IMG/VR virus record: IMGVR_UViG_2895847146_000001
Coordinates: 53,959 to 117,958 of that record
Reading direction: 5' to 3' (one strand)
Length of the DNA: 64,000 nt
Source of the DNA: a virus
Lineage: Duplodnaviria; Caudoviricetes
Shown: one piece after another, positions 46,488-55,088 of the stretch
How the letters are laid out: each line of letters opens with the position of its first letter
How positions within the stretch are numbered: the stretch's first letter is position 1
Made by a program: the position numbers and the translations under genes
Notes under the pieces: model-generated
What the model saw: the letters and a program-made list of their open reading frames with translations, nothing else
Told to the model about the DNA's origin: nothing
Databases searched by the model: none

Positions 46488-46946
46488 TTAACAGCAGAAC
46501 CCTAAGAACCATGAACCAGGAACGATTGAACCAGATACGGGAACGGTGTCAGAAGGCAAGCCTTGGCCCCTGGATGCCGGCCCCAACTGCGCCGAAGAAC
46601 AAGTTTCGGGTATACCCTCAATACCCGAACTATGGCAACCCGGCCCCCTTATTCCAGCCTAGCAATCATATCTGCACCATGAACAGCGGCGTGAACAGGG
46701 CAGTAGCACAATTGCAGGCTGATACCCTGTTTATTGCTGCTGCTCGGCAGGACATCCCCGACCTGCTAGCCGAGATAGACCGCCTACGGGCCTTGCTCCC
46801 CGCCTATGGCACTTGCCCGCGCTGTCACGGCACGAATCGGATGGCAGCCGCTGGAGAGTCTAGAGCCTGTGTCTCCTGTGCTGATGAGGCGTGGCATGCC
46901 CGTCAGACGCCCCCTCATCATCGTTAACAGCAGAACCCTAAGAACC
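46488..46946 (+). repeat. 23-bp direct repeat flanking one gene
   Basis: TTAACAGCAGAACCCTAAGAACC at 46488 and 46924. Confidence 0.85.
46511..46927 (+). CDS. Ead/Ea22-like protein with C-terminal Zn ribbon
   Basis: LNQIRERCQKASLGPW...FIAAARQDIPDLLAEIDRLR; CPRC..CVSC. Confidence 0.75.
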   Translation: MNQERLNQIRERCQKASLGPWMPAPTAPKNKFRVYPQYPNYGNPAPLFQPSNHICTMNSGVNRAVAQLQADTLFIAAARQDIPDLLAEIDRLRALLPAYGTCPRCHGTNRMAAAGESRACVSCADEAWHARQTPPHHR

Positions 46947-46953
46947 CTGAGTT

Positions 46954-47133
46954 ATGAACTACGCCGCTCACATCCTGCCAGGCCAAACCCTACCCGCCTG
47001 CAACCGCTGCCAGTACATCGCCCGAAGTGCCAATGTTGAATCCTGCCCGTATTGCGGCGGCAATTGGACGCACGATGTGACCCGGCCTGCTACCATATCC
47101 CCTTCATCGACTCCTTCAGAGCATGAACAATAA
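46954..47133 (+). CDS. small Zn-ribbon protein (59 aa; not in the ORF track)
   Basis: CNRC...CPYCGG. Confidence 0.6.
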   Translation: MNYAAHILPGQTLPACNRCQYIARSANVESCPYCGGNWTHDVTRPATISPSSTPSEHEQ

Positions 47134-47347
47134 ACTTCCGCCTGGGGCTCAGGCCGATATAGCGCGAGTGACGGGCCTTAGCCGTCAAGCTGTAAGCAAG
47201 GTGCTGCAAGGCAAATTCAAGAATGAGCAGGTCAGCCAACTAGCAGAAGAGTATGCTGCCCGCTACGCTACCCAAATCAGAGTCGGTCAATTCCGGCTAT
47301 TTATCAACAACCTCTCCGATGAGGCGCTAGCCACCTACTTAAAATGA
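47123..47347 (+). CDS. HTH DNA-binding protein
   Basis: QADIARVTGLSRQAVSKVLQG. Confidence 0.8.
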   Translation: MNNKLPPGAQADIARVTGLSRQAVSKVLQGKFKNEQVSQLAEEYAARYATQIRVGQFRLFINNLSDEALATYLK

Positions 47348-47643
47348 AAGAACCTGCCAAACTCATGACCCAGGCTGATATAAACGCCTCTGCGCCAATC
47401 ATTGCGTCCTTTATCTTCCCAGGGCAGGAAGTTGCGGAGTATAGTTCAGTTGAATTAACCGAGATAAGCGAGGCTATCAGCATTGTGCATCTGCGTCGGC
47501 CTGATCTTGCGCGAGTCATGCGGCGGTTTTTCAACGACATGAAGGCCGGGAAGGTCTTGCGAGAAACTAACGCCTTGAATCCGCCCCAGGGAGCCCCCGT
47601 AGGTTGTGCAGGGTGCGCCGGAAAGGAGGTGTATGGTGAGTAA
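47344..47643 (+). CDS. hypothetical protein
   Basis: Overlapping operon ORF. Confidence 0.5.
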   Translation: MKEPAKLMTQADINASAPIIASFIFPGQEVAEYSSVELTEISEAISIVHLRRPDLARVMRRFFNDMKAGKVLRETNALNPPQGAPVGCAGCAGKEVYGE

Positions 47644-47857
47644 GCCAACGAAACCGCAGTACACCTTAGCAGCTCGGTTATATGCCCTGTCACTGGTTAC
47701 TCATCTAGACTTGGATACTGAGAACGATGATTCTGAAATTATCAGGCAGTTGGCGATTGATAAAGCATTAGCCGCACTCGCTCGGCTAAAAGTTGACCCT
47801 GCCGAGTTGCTAAGCGAAGATGATTGCCTAAAAGTAGCCAGAAGGCTGAAGCCATGA
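47633..47857 (+). CDS. hypothetical protein
   Basis: Overlapping operon ORF. Confidence 0.55.
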   Translation: MVSKPTKPQYTLAARLYALSLVTHLDLDTENDDSEIIRQLAIDKALAALARLKVDPAELLSEDDCLKVARRLKP

Positions 47858-47903
47858 CCCTGCTTAGCAACCAAGAAGGCCGTGCCCAAAACCCACGTTT
47901 GGT

Positions 47904-48239
47904 TTAGCCAAACAAGCCAGCACCGGCCGGAGCCAGCTGCACCTTCTTGGTCGCAGCTGGCTTTTTTGCTTTCGGGACGGGCATAATGGCCCCGCCCTGC
48001 TCCTTCGGGGCCGGTACCCCTACCCCACCCTTGCGGGGCGCACTAAAGCGCGTGGCTCGCATGTGCGGCTGGCCGTCCACCCAGAACTCCTCTACGCCAA
48101 ACTGACTGCGGTAACACACCAAGTCCAGGGCCACCGCCTCCGCGAGCTGGTCGGCGGAGAGGTGGCGCTGGAAGGTTTGGCGCGTGTAGAGCTTGTCCTT
48201 TTCCAGGGGCAAGCCAGCTACCAGGGCGGCTAGGCTCAT
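47904..48239 (-). CDS. hypothetical protein
   Basis: ATGA overlap with the portal stop. Confidence 0.6.
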   Translation of the reverse strand: MSLAALVAGLPLEKDKLYTRQTFQRHLSADQLAEAVALDLVCYRSQFGVEEFWVDGQPHMRATRFSAPRKGGVGVPAPKEQGGAIMPVPKAKKPAATKKVQLAPAGAGLFG

Positions 48240-50647
48240 GCGGCGGCCGAGGTAGGTTCCGGGGCCAGGGCCGCCTCGCGCAGCTGCTCATCGGCCCGCT
48301 GCTGGCCACCCAACACCTGCTCGGTCAGCTTGTGCTCGACTTTCAGGTTTTCGCGGTCCGTCTTGCCCTGCTCCTGCACGCCCAGGGCGGTGAGCTTGGT
48401 TTGGTTGCCCAGCTCGCCCAGGTAGATAGTGGCCTCGGTCTGCTTCTCAATGGCACCCCACTGCGTCTCGCGGCGAAACTGCTCGATCTGCATGTTCTGC
48501 TCGAAGGTGGCCTGGGCCAATTGCATATCGGCCTGCGACTTGGCTTGCAGACTCTGGTTCTGCACGTCGCCGTTCTGCTGTTGCAGCTGCTGGCTTTCCT
48601 GCTGCAGGCGCTTGCGCCGGCGCTTGATACGGCGGGCCAACTCCCGGCTGGCCTTTTTCAGGTTGGGAATGCGGCGCACAAACAGGTAGTCTTCGAAGTC
48701 GATACCGTCGGGGCTGCCAGCCACCCCCTGCTGCAGGGCGAGCTTGGCCGTGTCGTACAAGTCCACCCACTCCTCGGGCGTGGGGCGGGGCTCAATACCG
48801 GTTGTGAAGTCGTAGCGAAAAAGGTCCGGATACGGGCCTACCTGCTTGCTGGCCCCTCCGGGTAAGCTCATCGTGCCCGTGACGGGCGAACGATGCTCTG
48901 TGAGCTTAATACGGCCCGCTAGGTTGCGGAATATTGTCTCATGTACGGACTCCTGGGCGCGGAACAGATACTTCAGCACGTTCTGGGTGCCCATCAGCGC
49001 CTGCTCCTGCACGCCCTTGCCCACGCCATCCTTGGGTGTGGCGGCCGAGGCCACGGCGTTGGCGCCGGTAATGACTTCGAGCAGCTGCATGGAATTCCAA
49101 AAGTCGTTCCAGTGCTGGCCCGCCGTGGTTGGCACGCCGCCCGGGTTTTTCACTACAGCCAGGCCCAGCGGCTCGTTGCTGTCGTTGACGCGCTTGCCGA
49201 ACGTGGTACCGGTTTCCAGGAAAAACTCGTAGGCTTCCTGCGCTGAGAGGGGCTTGCCGTCGGCGCCCTTCAGCGGAATGTCTTTCAGCACGTCCGGGTC
49301 GATGTTGAAGCCCTCGGGTACGTAGGTCTTCATATCGGCCCGCCACATGCGAATACTGCGCTCCATGTCGTTGACAATGGAAATGCAGTGGTCCACCACG
49401 CTGATGGCCTTGTTGCCTACCCGGCCGGCCACGTAGGCGGCAAACGGCAGGCGGGCCTTGAGCGGGTTGGCCAAGTCGCGGCCCTGCTCCAAGGACTTGC
49501 GGCAGTTATAGGCAATGTCCATCCCGACTACCAGCGTAGCCTCGTAGAGGTTGGTAATGGTGCGGCGCACCACGCGGCCTTTATCCGACTCGTTTTTGAA
49601 GCCAGCGGGCTTGCGGTAGGTTTTCGGGTTGCCCTTGCTCGTGGGCTTCACCTGCTGCACCTCGTCGTCGTCACTGAGGAAGAACACGCGCACTACCTGA
49701 ATGGTAGCCGTATCCTCTTTCAGGCCGATGGCCGGGTCTACGGTGCCCATGTTGCTGGTGAGCAGGCTGGCGGCGTGGGTTTCCAGGGCTTTCCACTGGT
49801 GCTGCTCCAGCCCTTTCAGCTTCGGGTCGAGGGCCTTGCCGGCTTCCACCTCGGAGCGTAGCTGCTCCAGGGTGATGTTTTCCAGGTAGGCACCCGCCCA
49901 CCAGTCGCGACAGTCGGCGTAGCGCGAGGTCAGCATCAGGGCCATATCGGGCGAAACGCGCACCACCGTGGGCGCCTGGCCGGGAATCTGCTTGTCGTGG
50001 AGCAGGCAGAGGCCGTGACGCAGCAACTGCTGGCGCAACTCGGCGGCCAGCTGCTTGTAGCGGCTGCGGTCCAGGCACAGGGCCAGCTTTTCCTCCAGGG
50101 CAATGGCGGCGTCCAGCTCGATGCTTTCCACCCACTCGCGCATTTCGTCCTCGTCGGCGGGCACCTGCTCGGGCAGGCCGTCCTGGCTGGGCCGCATGCC
50201 CATCTGGCGGGCGAACTGGCCGGCGTCCTGCCACTTCTCCATGTTGCGGATCTGGCGCTCAATTTCCTGCGCAGCCCGGGAGCCCGATACGCTGATGGTG
50301 GGGTCGTACTCGCGCTCCTCCAGCATGGCTTCCAGGGCGTGGAGCTTAATAGGCAGGATGGGCAGCGGGGACTGGTCTACGATTTGGCCGAGCTGCACCG
50401 GGTCGTTGGTCTTGCCCCGCTTGGTGCGGCGGTATTGCAACGTGTCCTGCACACCCTCGGCGTAGGTATCGAGGCGGGCGTAGTGGTCCCGGCCGCCGTA
50501 CCACATGGTGGAATTGTTGCGCAGCACGTCGCTGATGTAAGCGCAGGCGTTCTGCTTGATCCACTCCTGGGTTTTCTTCTTGGGATTTCGCTCGCTCCGG
50601 GAAGCGTAAGCAACGGCGTAGTTGGCGGTCAGGTCGAGGGACGGCAT
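48236..50647 (-). CDS. portal protein
   Basis: 803 aa directly after terL; YAEGVQD, PLPILP and ITGANA motifs; Gln-rich C-terminal barrel. Confidence 0.88.
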   Translation of the reverse strand: MPSLDLTANYAVAYASRSERNPKKKTQEWIKQNACAYISDVLRNNSTMWYGGRDHYARLDTYAEGVQDTLQYRRTKRGKTNDPVQLGQIVDQSPLPILPIKLHALEAMLEEREYDPTISVSGSRAAQEIERQIRNMEKWQDAGQFARQMGMRPSQDGLPEQVPADEDEMREWVESIELDAAIALEEKLALCLDRSRYKQLAAELRQQLLRHGLCLLHDKQIPGQAPTVVRVSPDMALMLTSRYADCRDWWAGAYLENITLEQLRSEVEAGKALDPKLKGLEQHQWKALETHAASLLTSNMGTVDPAIGLKEDTATIQVVRVFFLSDDDEVQQVKPTSKGNPKTYRKPAGFKNESDKGRVVRRTITNLYEATLVVGMDIAYNCRKSLEQGRDLANPLKARLPFAAYVAGRVGNKAISVVDHCISIVNDMERSIRMWRADMKTYVPEGFNIDPDVLKDIPLKGADGKPLSAQEAYEFFLETGTTFGKRVNDSNEPLGLAVVKNPGGVPTTAGQHWNDFWNSMQLLEVITGANAVASAATPKDGVGKGVQEQALMGTQNVLKYLFRAQESVHETIFRNLAGRIKLTEHRSPVTGTMSLPGGASKQVGPYPDLFRYDFTTGIEPRPTPEEWVDLYDTAKLALQQGVAGSPDGIDFEDYLFVRRIPNLKKASRELARRIKRRRKRLQQESQQLQQQNGDVQNQSLQAKSQADMQLAQATFEQNMQIEQFRRETQWGAIEKQTEATIYLGELGNQTKLTALGVQEQGKTDRENLKVEHKLTEQVLGGQQRADEQLREAALAPEPTSAAA

Positions 50648-52783
50648 TTAGTTATTGAAGTAGTTGCGTGGGTCGAAAGCGGCCAACGACGGCAGCGTGT
50701 CAGCAGCAGGGGCAGACTTAAAGGGCTGGTAGCGGGTAATGTCGCAGAGGGCGTAGCCGCCGCTCACCGATAAGTCAAATTTAGTGGTTTTATTCGGGTC
50801 AAACTGAAGTATCTGATTCAGCGTGCGGGGGAAGGGCATCCGGCGCGGGTCGTAGGGGATGCCGTCGTCGTTTATTCCAACTTCCCCCCGGCTGTTCTTG
50901 CTCAGGCTCGTGCCGACGTACTGACTCACGTACTTTACCCATTCTTCGGTATAGCGGCCAATCATCAGTGGCGAGGAGGCGGCCCCGGCGTTTTTCTGGT
51001 TCTTGGTGTGCTCGGTCTGCGTCGAGGCCGGGCGCTTGGAAATAAAGGCTTCGTAGCCCCGCCCCATCAGTTCCTCTTTCAGGGCCGGGCGGTTGGTTTC
51101 CGGGAAGATGGAGCAGCCAAAGAAGTGAATAGCCTTGATTACGTCCTCGAAGTACACGTTCGGGTCGCTCATCCGTTCCGCGTATTCCAGAATCTGGCTG
51201 TGGCTGGGCCAGTAGTGGGGCGCGTCGTCGGGCAACGCCTCCATGTCCTCATCGAACTTGTAGAACAGCGTCAGGGCCGTGAGCGAGGCCCCGGAGAGCT
51301 TTTCCGGGTCGCGGTGGTCCACGGGGTCAGCGCCGGAGCCGAAGCGGTGGGTGTTCAGCGGCTTCCACTTCACCACCTCCCCGTACTTGGTTTTGATACG
51401 GCCGGTGGCCTCCACCTGGTTGAGCCAGGAATCCGGGGGCAGCCAGGAAATGTAGAAGCGGCCCGCCACCTCGTCCTGCATGGCCTTGACCTTCGTTTTA
51501 CTCTCGTCGGTCCAGTCCAGGCGGTAGCGCCGGTAGATGGGCTGGTCGAGCTGGGCCAGGTGGCTCAAAACGTGGCCGACGTGCTCGGCGTTGACCACGC
51601 AATCCACCTTGACGCTGGGCGACAGGGCTTCCTCGATGGTGAACGGGTTGGCCCGCTTCTCTTTCAGGAGCAGAATTGGGTCATGGGCCACGGAGCGGCG
51701 CCGGGCCAGAAAGTGCTCCTTGCCAGCGGCGGTGTCGCGGCCGTACTCGTCCACCTTGAACCCTTCGTAGGCCGGAATGAACAGGCGAAACAGGCCCGAA
51801 GCGGTGCGAATCAGCGGGTTTTTCGGGTCGTAGCCGTTGGGGCCAATGAGCGTCTGGTTCGAGTTGTTCCAGAATTGGGCGCACATGCCCACCGAGTCGT
51901 CGTCGTCCTCGTCGGAAGTGGTGGTATTGGCACCCTTGCCCACAATTTCGCCGTCGGGCTCGAACTGCTTGCTGACAACAGACCAGCGGTTATAGGAGTT
52001 GAATTTCTGCTTCTTGCCTACCTCGTCGTTGAGGAAGAAGGTCACGCCGTCACCGTCGAGGGCGGTTTCCGTCGATTCCTTCCAGAAAATCTTGCTTTTC
52101 AGGCCCTTTACCCGGTCAGGCATGTTGGCCGCGCCCTTCTTCTGGTTGACAGGCGTATCAAAGACGATTTCGTACTTGGGCCGCGAGCTGCCGGCCATCT
52201 GCGGGGCGAACCACGGGGCCTCCTTCAGCGCGTCCACGGCCGGAATCACTTCCTTGCGGTACACGGTTTCCTCGGCGGATTCCTCGTTTTTCGACTGAAT
52301 GCCGAAACGGAAGAAGGCAATGCGGGTCGCGCCCTCCACCCCGATAGAGGCAAAGCGGGACGTTTTGCCGTCGCGGCGCCGGGTCTGCAGGTAGCCGCCC
52401 AGGCAGTTCGGGCTGGTCATAACGTGCTCCCACCACCAGTAGAAACGGCGGTTGTGCTCCCGGTAGTCCGGCTTTTTGCTACCGTAGCGGTGGTAGTTCA
52501 GGTAGAAGTAGTGCCGGCCGGTGATGTAGGTCGGCACGCCGTCGTTGTAGAACCACACGCCGTTTTCGCGACGGTCCCACTCCTGGTCTTCCAGCTGCTG
52601 CTGCTTGTAGCGGGGCCACGCCAGATATTCCTCGGGCGTGGGCAGCGCGGTATGGGCAAACTTCTGGTCTTTCTTCTTGGTAATGTGGCCGTTCAGGAAC
52701 TCGGAACGGTCAGGCACAACAGGGCTACCGAGGGTGTATTCCCCGATAACGTCCCACATTCTGCCGTCTTTCTCTTTCTTCAT
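50648..52783 (-). CDS. terL: terminase large subunit
   Basis: YITGRHYFYLN, RRDGKT (Walker A-like), LNDEVGK (Walker B) and nuclease GADPVD motifs. Confidence 0.93.
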   Translation of the reverse strand: MKKEKDGRMWDVIGEYTLGSPVVPDRSEFLNGHITKKKDQKFAHTALPTPEEYLAWPRYKQQQLEDQEWDRRENGVWFYNDGVPTYITGRHYFYLNYHRYGSKKPDYREHNRRFYWWWEHVMTSPNCLGGYLQTRRRDGKTSRFASIGVEGATRIAFFRFGIQSKNEESAEETVYRKEVIPAVDALKEAPWFAPQMAGSSRPKYEIVFDTPVNQKKGAANMPDRVKGLKSKIFWKESTETALDGDGVTFFLNDEVGKKQKFNSYNRWSVVSKQFEPDGEIVGKGANTTTSDEDDDDSVGMCAQFWNNSNQTLIGPNGYDPKNPLIRTASGLFRLFIPAYEGFKVDEYGRDTAAGKEHFLARRRSVAHDPILLLKEKRANPFTIEEALSPSVKVDCVVNAEHVGHVLSHLAQLDQPIYRRYRLDWTDESKTKVKAMQDEVAGRFYISWLPPDSWLNQVEATGRIKTKYGEVVKWKPLNTHRFGSGADPVDHRDPEKLSGASLTALTLFYKFDEDMEALPDDAPHYWPSHSQILEYAERMSDPNVYFEDVIKAIHFFGCSIFPETNRPALKEELMGRGYEAFISKRPASTQTEHTKNQKNAGAASSPLMIGRYTEEWVKYVSQYVGTSLSKNSRGEVGINDDGIPYDPRRMPFPRTLNQILQFDPNKTTKFDLSVSGGYALCDITRYQPFKSAPAADTLPSLAAFDPRNYFNN

Positions 52784-52833
52784 GGTGTCGTTGCGAATTC
52801 AGGGCGCAACGACAGGGGTTGGGTCTGGTGAGA
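52784..52833 (-). promoter_or_regulatory. structured terL 5' leader (toehold + 10-bp hairpin abutting the ATG)
   Basis: TCTCACCAGACCCAACCCC-TGTCGTTGCG-CCCTGAATT-CGCAACGACA-CC-ATG. Confidence 0.7.
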
Positions 52834-53070
52834 CTACTTGCGGCGTATTGCCTGAAAGGCTAGGCCCATTGCCATTACAAGGTCACTCTTAGGGTATAAG
52901 TGGCTGTATTTCCTCTCGATGCGGTCAGCTAATTCGGTCTTGCCAGCACGCCGACATTTGACTTCGAGCCGCAAAGCTTTGCGGGCTATATCTTTCGCTG
53001 GAGAAATTTGGTGGTAGTTGCAGAGTTCGTCTAGCAAGCCGGGGAATGGCAGCATGGGTTTTATTGACAA
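52834..53070 (-). CDS. small hypothetical protein
   Basis: Packed ORF. Confidence 0.55.
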   Translation of the reverse strand: MSIKPMLPFPGLLDELCNYHQISPAKDIARKALRLEVKCRRAGKTELADRIERKYSHLYPKSDLVMAMGLAFQAIRRK

Positions 53071-53501
53071 GGCGTGAGTGTGTAGGCCATTTCTGGCAGA
53101 TCTTTCAGTCCCTCGCGTGACGGGTGTGGGTCGTGAACAATTTCCATGTTGCGGCCGTGGGCAACAACTGCGTGGTGCATGATAGTGCCATCTGGGTACG
53201 TCCTTGGGGAAACGCCTGAAGCAACATAGTAGCCATCCAACAGCTCCAGTGTACCCGGCGCCATTTCTCGGCCCTCCCGAATAGCTTTTAGGTTGACGGT
53301 ATCCAACTCATACCCCTGCTCGCGAAACCAATGAATCAGATCCAAAAACCAGCCGGGGCCAGCCTCTGTCAAATCCTCATTGTAAGTAAATAGTGGCAGA
53401 TCGTTCGGCTTCTCTTTATCTAGAACACAGGCAAATGCTGTCCTCAAACAGTCACCAATGCCGTGCTCAGCAACCGTGTATAGTTGAGTTAATGGCTTCA
53501 T
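53061..53501 (-). CDS. conserved phage protein with putative Cys/His (papain-like) motif
   Basis: GDCLRTAFACVL...HHAVV...HDPHPS. Confidence 0.7.
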   Translation of the reverse strand: MKPLTQLYTVAEHGIGDCLRTAFACVLDKEKPNDLPLFTYNEDLTEAGPGWFLDLIHWFREQGYELDTVNLKAIREGREMAPGTLELLDGYYVASGVSPRTYPDGTIMHHAVVAHGRNMEIVHDPHPSREGLKDLPEMAYTLTPCQ

Positions 53502-54115
53502 TTTCGTTTGGGCACAAATGATTGGCCCACGGCCCGTTTCTCCACGCTACCGGTCTGGTTCAGCACGTCACGCTGCTGGACTTCCTTCAATTCCTCGTCG
53601 TTGAGGAACAGGGTATTGCCCAGACTTTCGAGCTTGGGCACCTGCTCAAACATGGCGTCCAGGTTATCCTTGCGGGTTTTCTGGGCGGTCTGGATCTTGG
53701 TTTCGTCCAGGCTACCCCGCTCAATCGGGGCACTCAGGCCCTCAATGGTCTGCCACGCGGATTCCAGGCCGTGAAACCAGAGGGCGTAGCTCAGCGAGCT
53801 TTGCAGGCGCACGTATTGGTTAATCATGGCCGCCACATCTTTGTCCTCCCACTTCTCCACGGCGGCGCGGCGCTTGTCAGTAGCTGGCACGCCAGCGCGG
53901 CGCATACACTCGCGCTTTTTGTGGTCCACGGGCAAGTCGCGGTACTCGCTCCCCTTGTCGGCGTAGAAGATGGTAAAGCGCAGCCAGCAGTCGTTTTCGC
54001 CCGCGCCGTGCTCCACGAAAGCCGGGTAAGCCCGTAGCTCCGGGTGCGCGTCGAGCACGCGCTGGCCTGCCTTCAGCTTGTCAATAGGGAAGCGCAGGGT
54101 GGATTTCTCGGCCAT
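53498..54115 (-). CDS. conserved protein, candidate terminase small subunit
   Basis: Helical 205 aa upstream of terL; function inferred from position only. Confidence 0.5.
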   Translation of the reverse strand: MAEKSTLRFPIDKLKAGQRVLDAHPELRAYPAFVEHGAGENDCWLRFTIFYADKGSEYRDLPVDHKKRECMRRAGVPATDKRRAAVEKWEDKDVAAMINQYVRLQSSLSYALWFHGLESAWQTIEGLSAPIERGSLDETKIQTAQKTRKDNLDAMFEQVPKLESLGNTLFLNDEELKEVQQRDVLNQTGSVEKRAVGQSFVPKRK

Positions 54116-54291
54116 TATTCTAAATATTTAACAAGTGCCTGCGCCAGCGTATACCTGTCGGGCTCGGACGTTATAGATACACCGCCTAATGGCATCCATC
54201 CGTGGGCAATCAATCCCTTAACAGTATTTGCAAGGAGGACTGGGGTGCGCTCTGTAGCAACAGTGTAGTTGACAATTCTTTTCTCGTCCAT
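54115..54291 (-). CDS. DUF1737-like small protein (not in the ORF track)
   Basis: MDEKRIVNYTV...VKGLIAHGWMPLGGVS...AQALVK. Confidence 0.7.
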   Translation of the reverse strand: MDEKRIVNYTVATERTPVLLANTVKGLIAHGWMPLGGVSITSEPDRYTLAQALVKYLE

Positions 54292-54503
54292 CACCGTGTT
54301 TTGTAGTAGTGCGGGCGTGTGTAGCCGTGCTTAACAGTCTTCTCGGCCACAGTCGCCCGTCGGGACGAAGTGCAGCTGGAAAAGTAGAAAAGACACCCCA
54401 CCAAGATAGCTGCATATAGCAGCCACTGCGCCCAGCCCTTGGGGTTGAAGAACCACAGAAAGCCGTCCACTAGGCCCTCCAGGTAATCGTCGTTATCGTG
54501 CAT
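54291..54503 (-). CDS. small membrane protein
   Basis: ATG at 54503; one TM segment. Confidence 0.55.
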   Translation of the reverse strand: MHDNDDYLEGLVDGFLWFFNPKGWAQWLLYAAILVGCLFYFSSCTSSRRATVAEKTVKHGYTRPHYYKTR

Positions 54504-54505
54504 GG

Positions 54506-54895
54506 CTACTTCTTCAGTTCGCCCATAACACCCCGGCCCTGCCGCTCGCGCACCCGGCGCTCCAGGGCGGCCAGGGCCTTGTCGATACCAGCAATAAACT
54601 CGTCGTGGTCCTCGGAGGGGAATACGTTGTTGAGCTTGTTGTGCCGGTCTTTCAGCAGCAACAGTAGTTGCTCGGTCTGCACGCCGGGCTGCCACGTTCC
54701 GTCCTCGTTACGCTTTACGAATGTAATAGCATGGGTGCCCTCCCCATAGACAGCAGCGCCGTTTTCGAAGCGCATCATGGGGTGAATCTCGTAGTTGTGG
54801 GCGCCTTGAAACTTCTCGTCCGTAGGCAGGGCTACGATGGTTTGCTCCTGGCTCGGGAATACGGTAGCGGCAAGTAGAATGCGATTTTCTTCCAT
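54506..54895 (-). CDS. Tad1/Acb2-like immune-signal sponge protein
   Basis: GAHNY..ITFVK..PGVQTEQLL..LKDR..FPS..RRVRERQGRGVMG parallels Tad1 (GAYHEY..IKFQK..HGV..DLL..RDRL..F..RRVEDRIERNVLG). Confidence 0.75.
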   Translation of the reverse strand: MEENRILLAATVFPSQEQTIVALPTDEKFQGAHNYEIHPMMRFENGAAVYGEGTHAITFVKRNEDGTWQPGVQTEQLLLLLKDRHNKLNNVFPSEDHDEFIAGIDKALAALERRVRERQGRGVMGELKK

Positions 54896-54902
54896 TGTGG
54901 GG

Positions 54903-55088
54903 CTAATAAATGGGTTGAGGTAAGGCTAGCACTCCGCCGAGGCGTCGCAGCTCAGCGCATAGATCCAGTCCGTTGTGAACGAGCGGCTGATTGTCGCAAT
55001 AGGCGCTGAGTACGTCGGTGGCGCGGTAAGGCGTACCGAGTACCAGCCGGTCCAATACGGAAAGGTCGAAGTTATAGCCACGGCTCAT
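54903..55088 (-). CDS. small hypothetical protein
   Basis: ATGA overlap. Confidence 0.45.
   Translation of the reverse strand: MSRGYNFDLSVLDRLVLGTPYRATDVLSAYCDNQPLVHNGLDLCAELRRLGGVLALPQPIY

Noticed and set aside
35064-52831. Long plus-strand ORFs antisense to structural genes (e.g. 35064-36761, 43197-44447, 51008-52831)
   Set aside because: Shadow ORFs expected from high GC3 codon bias; they lack recognisable motifs.
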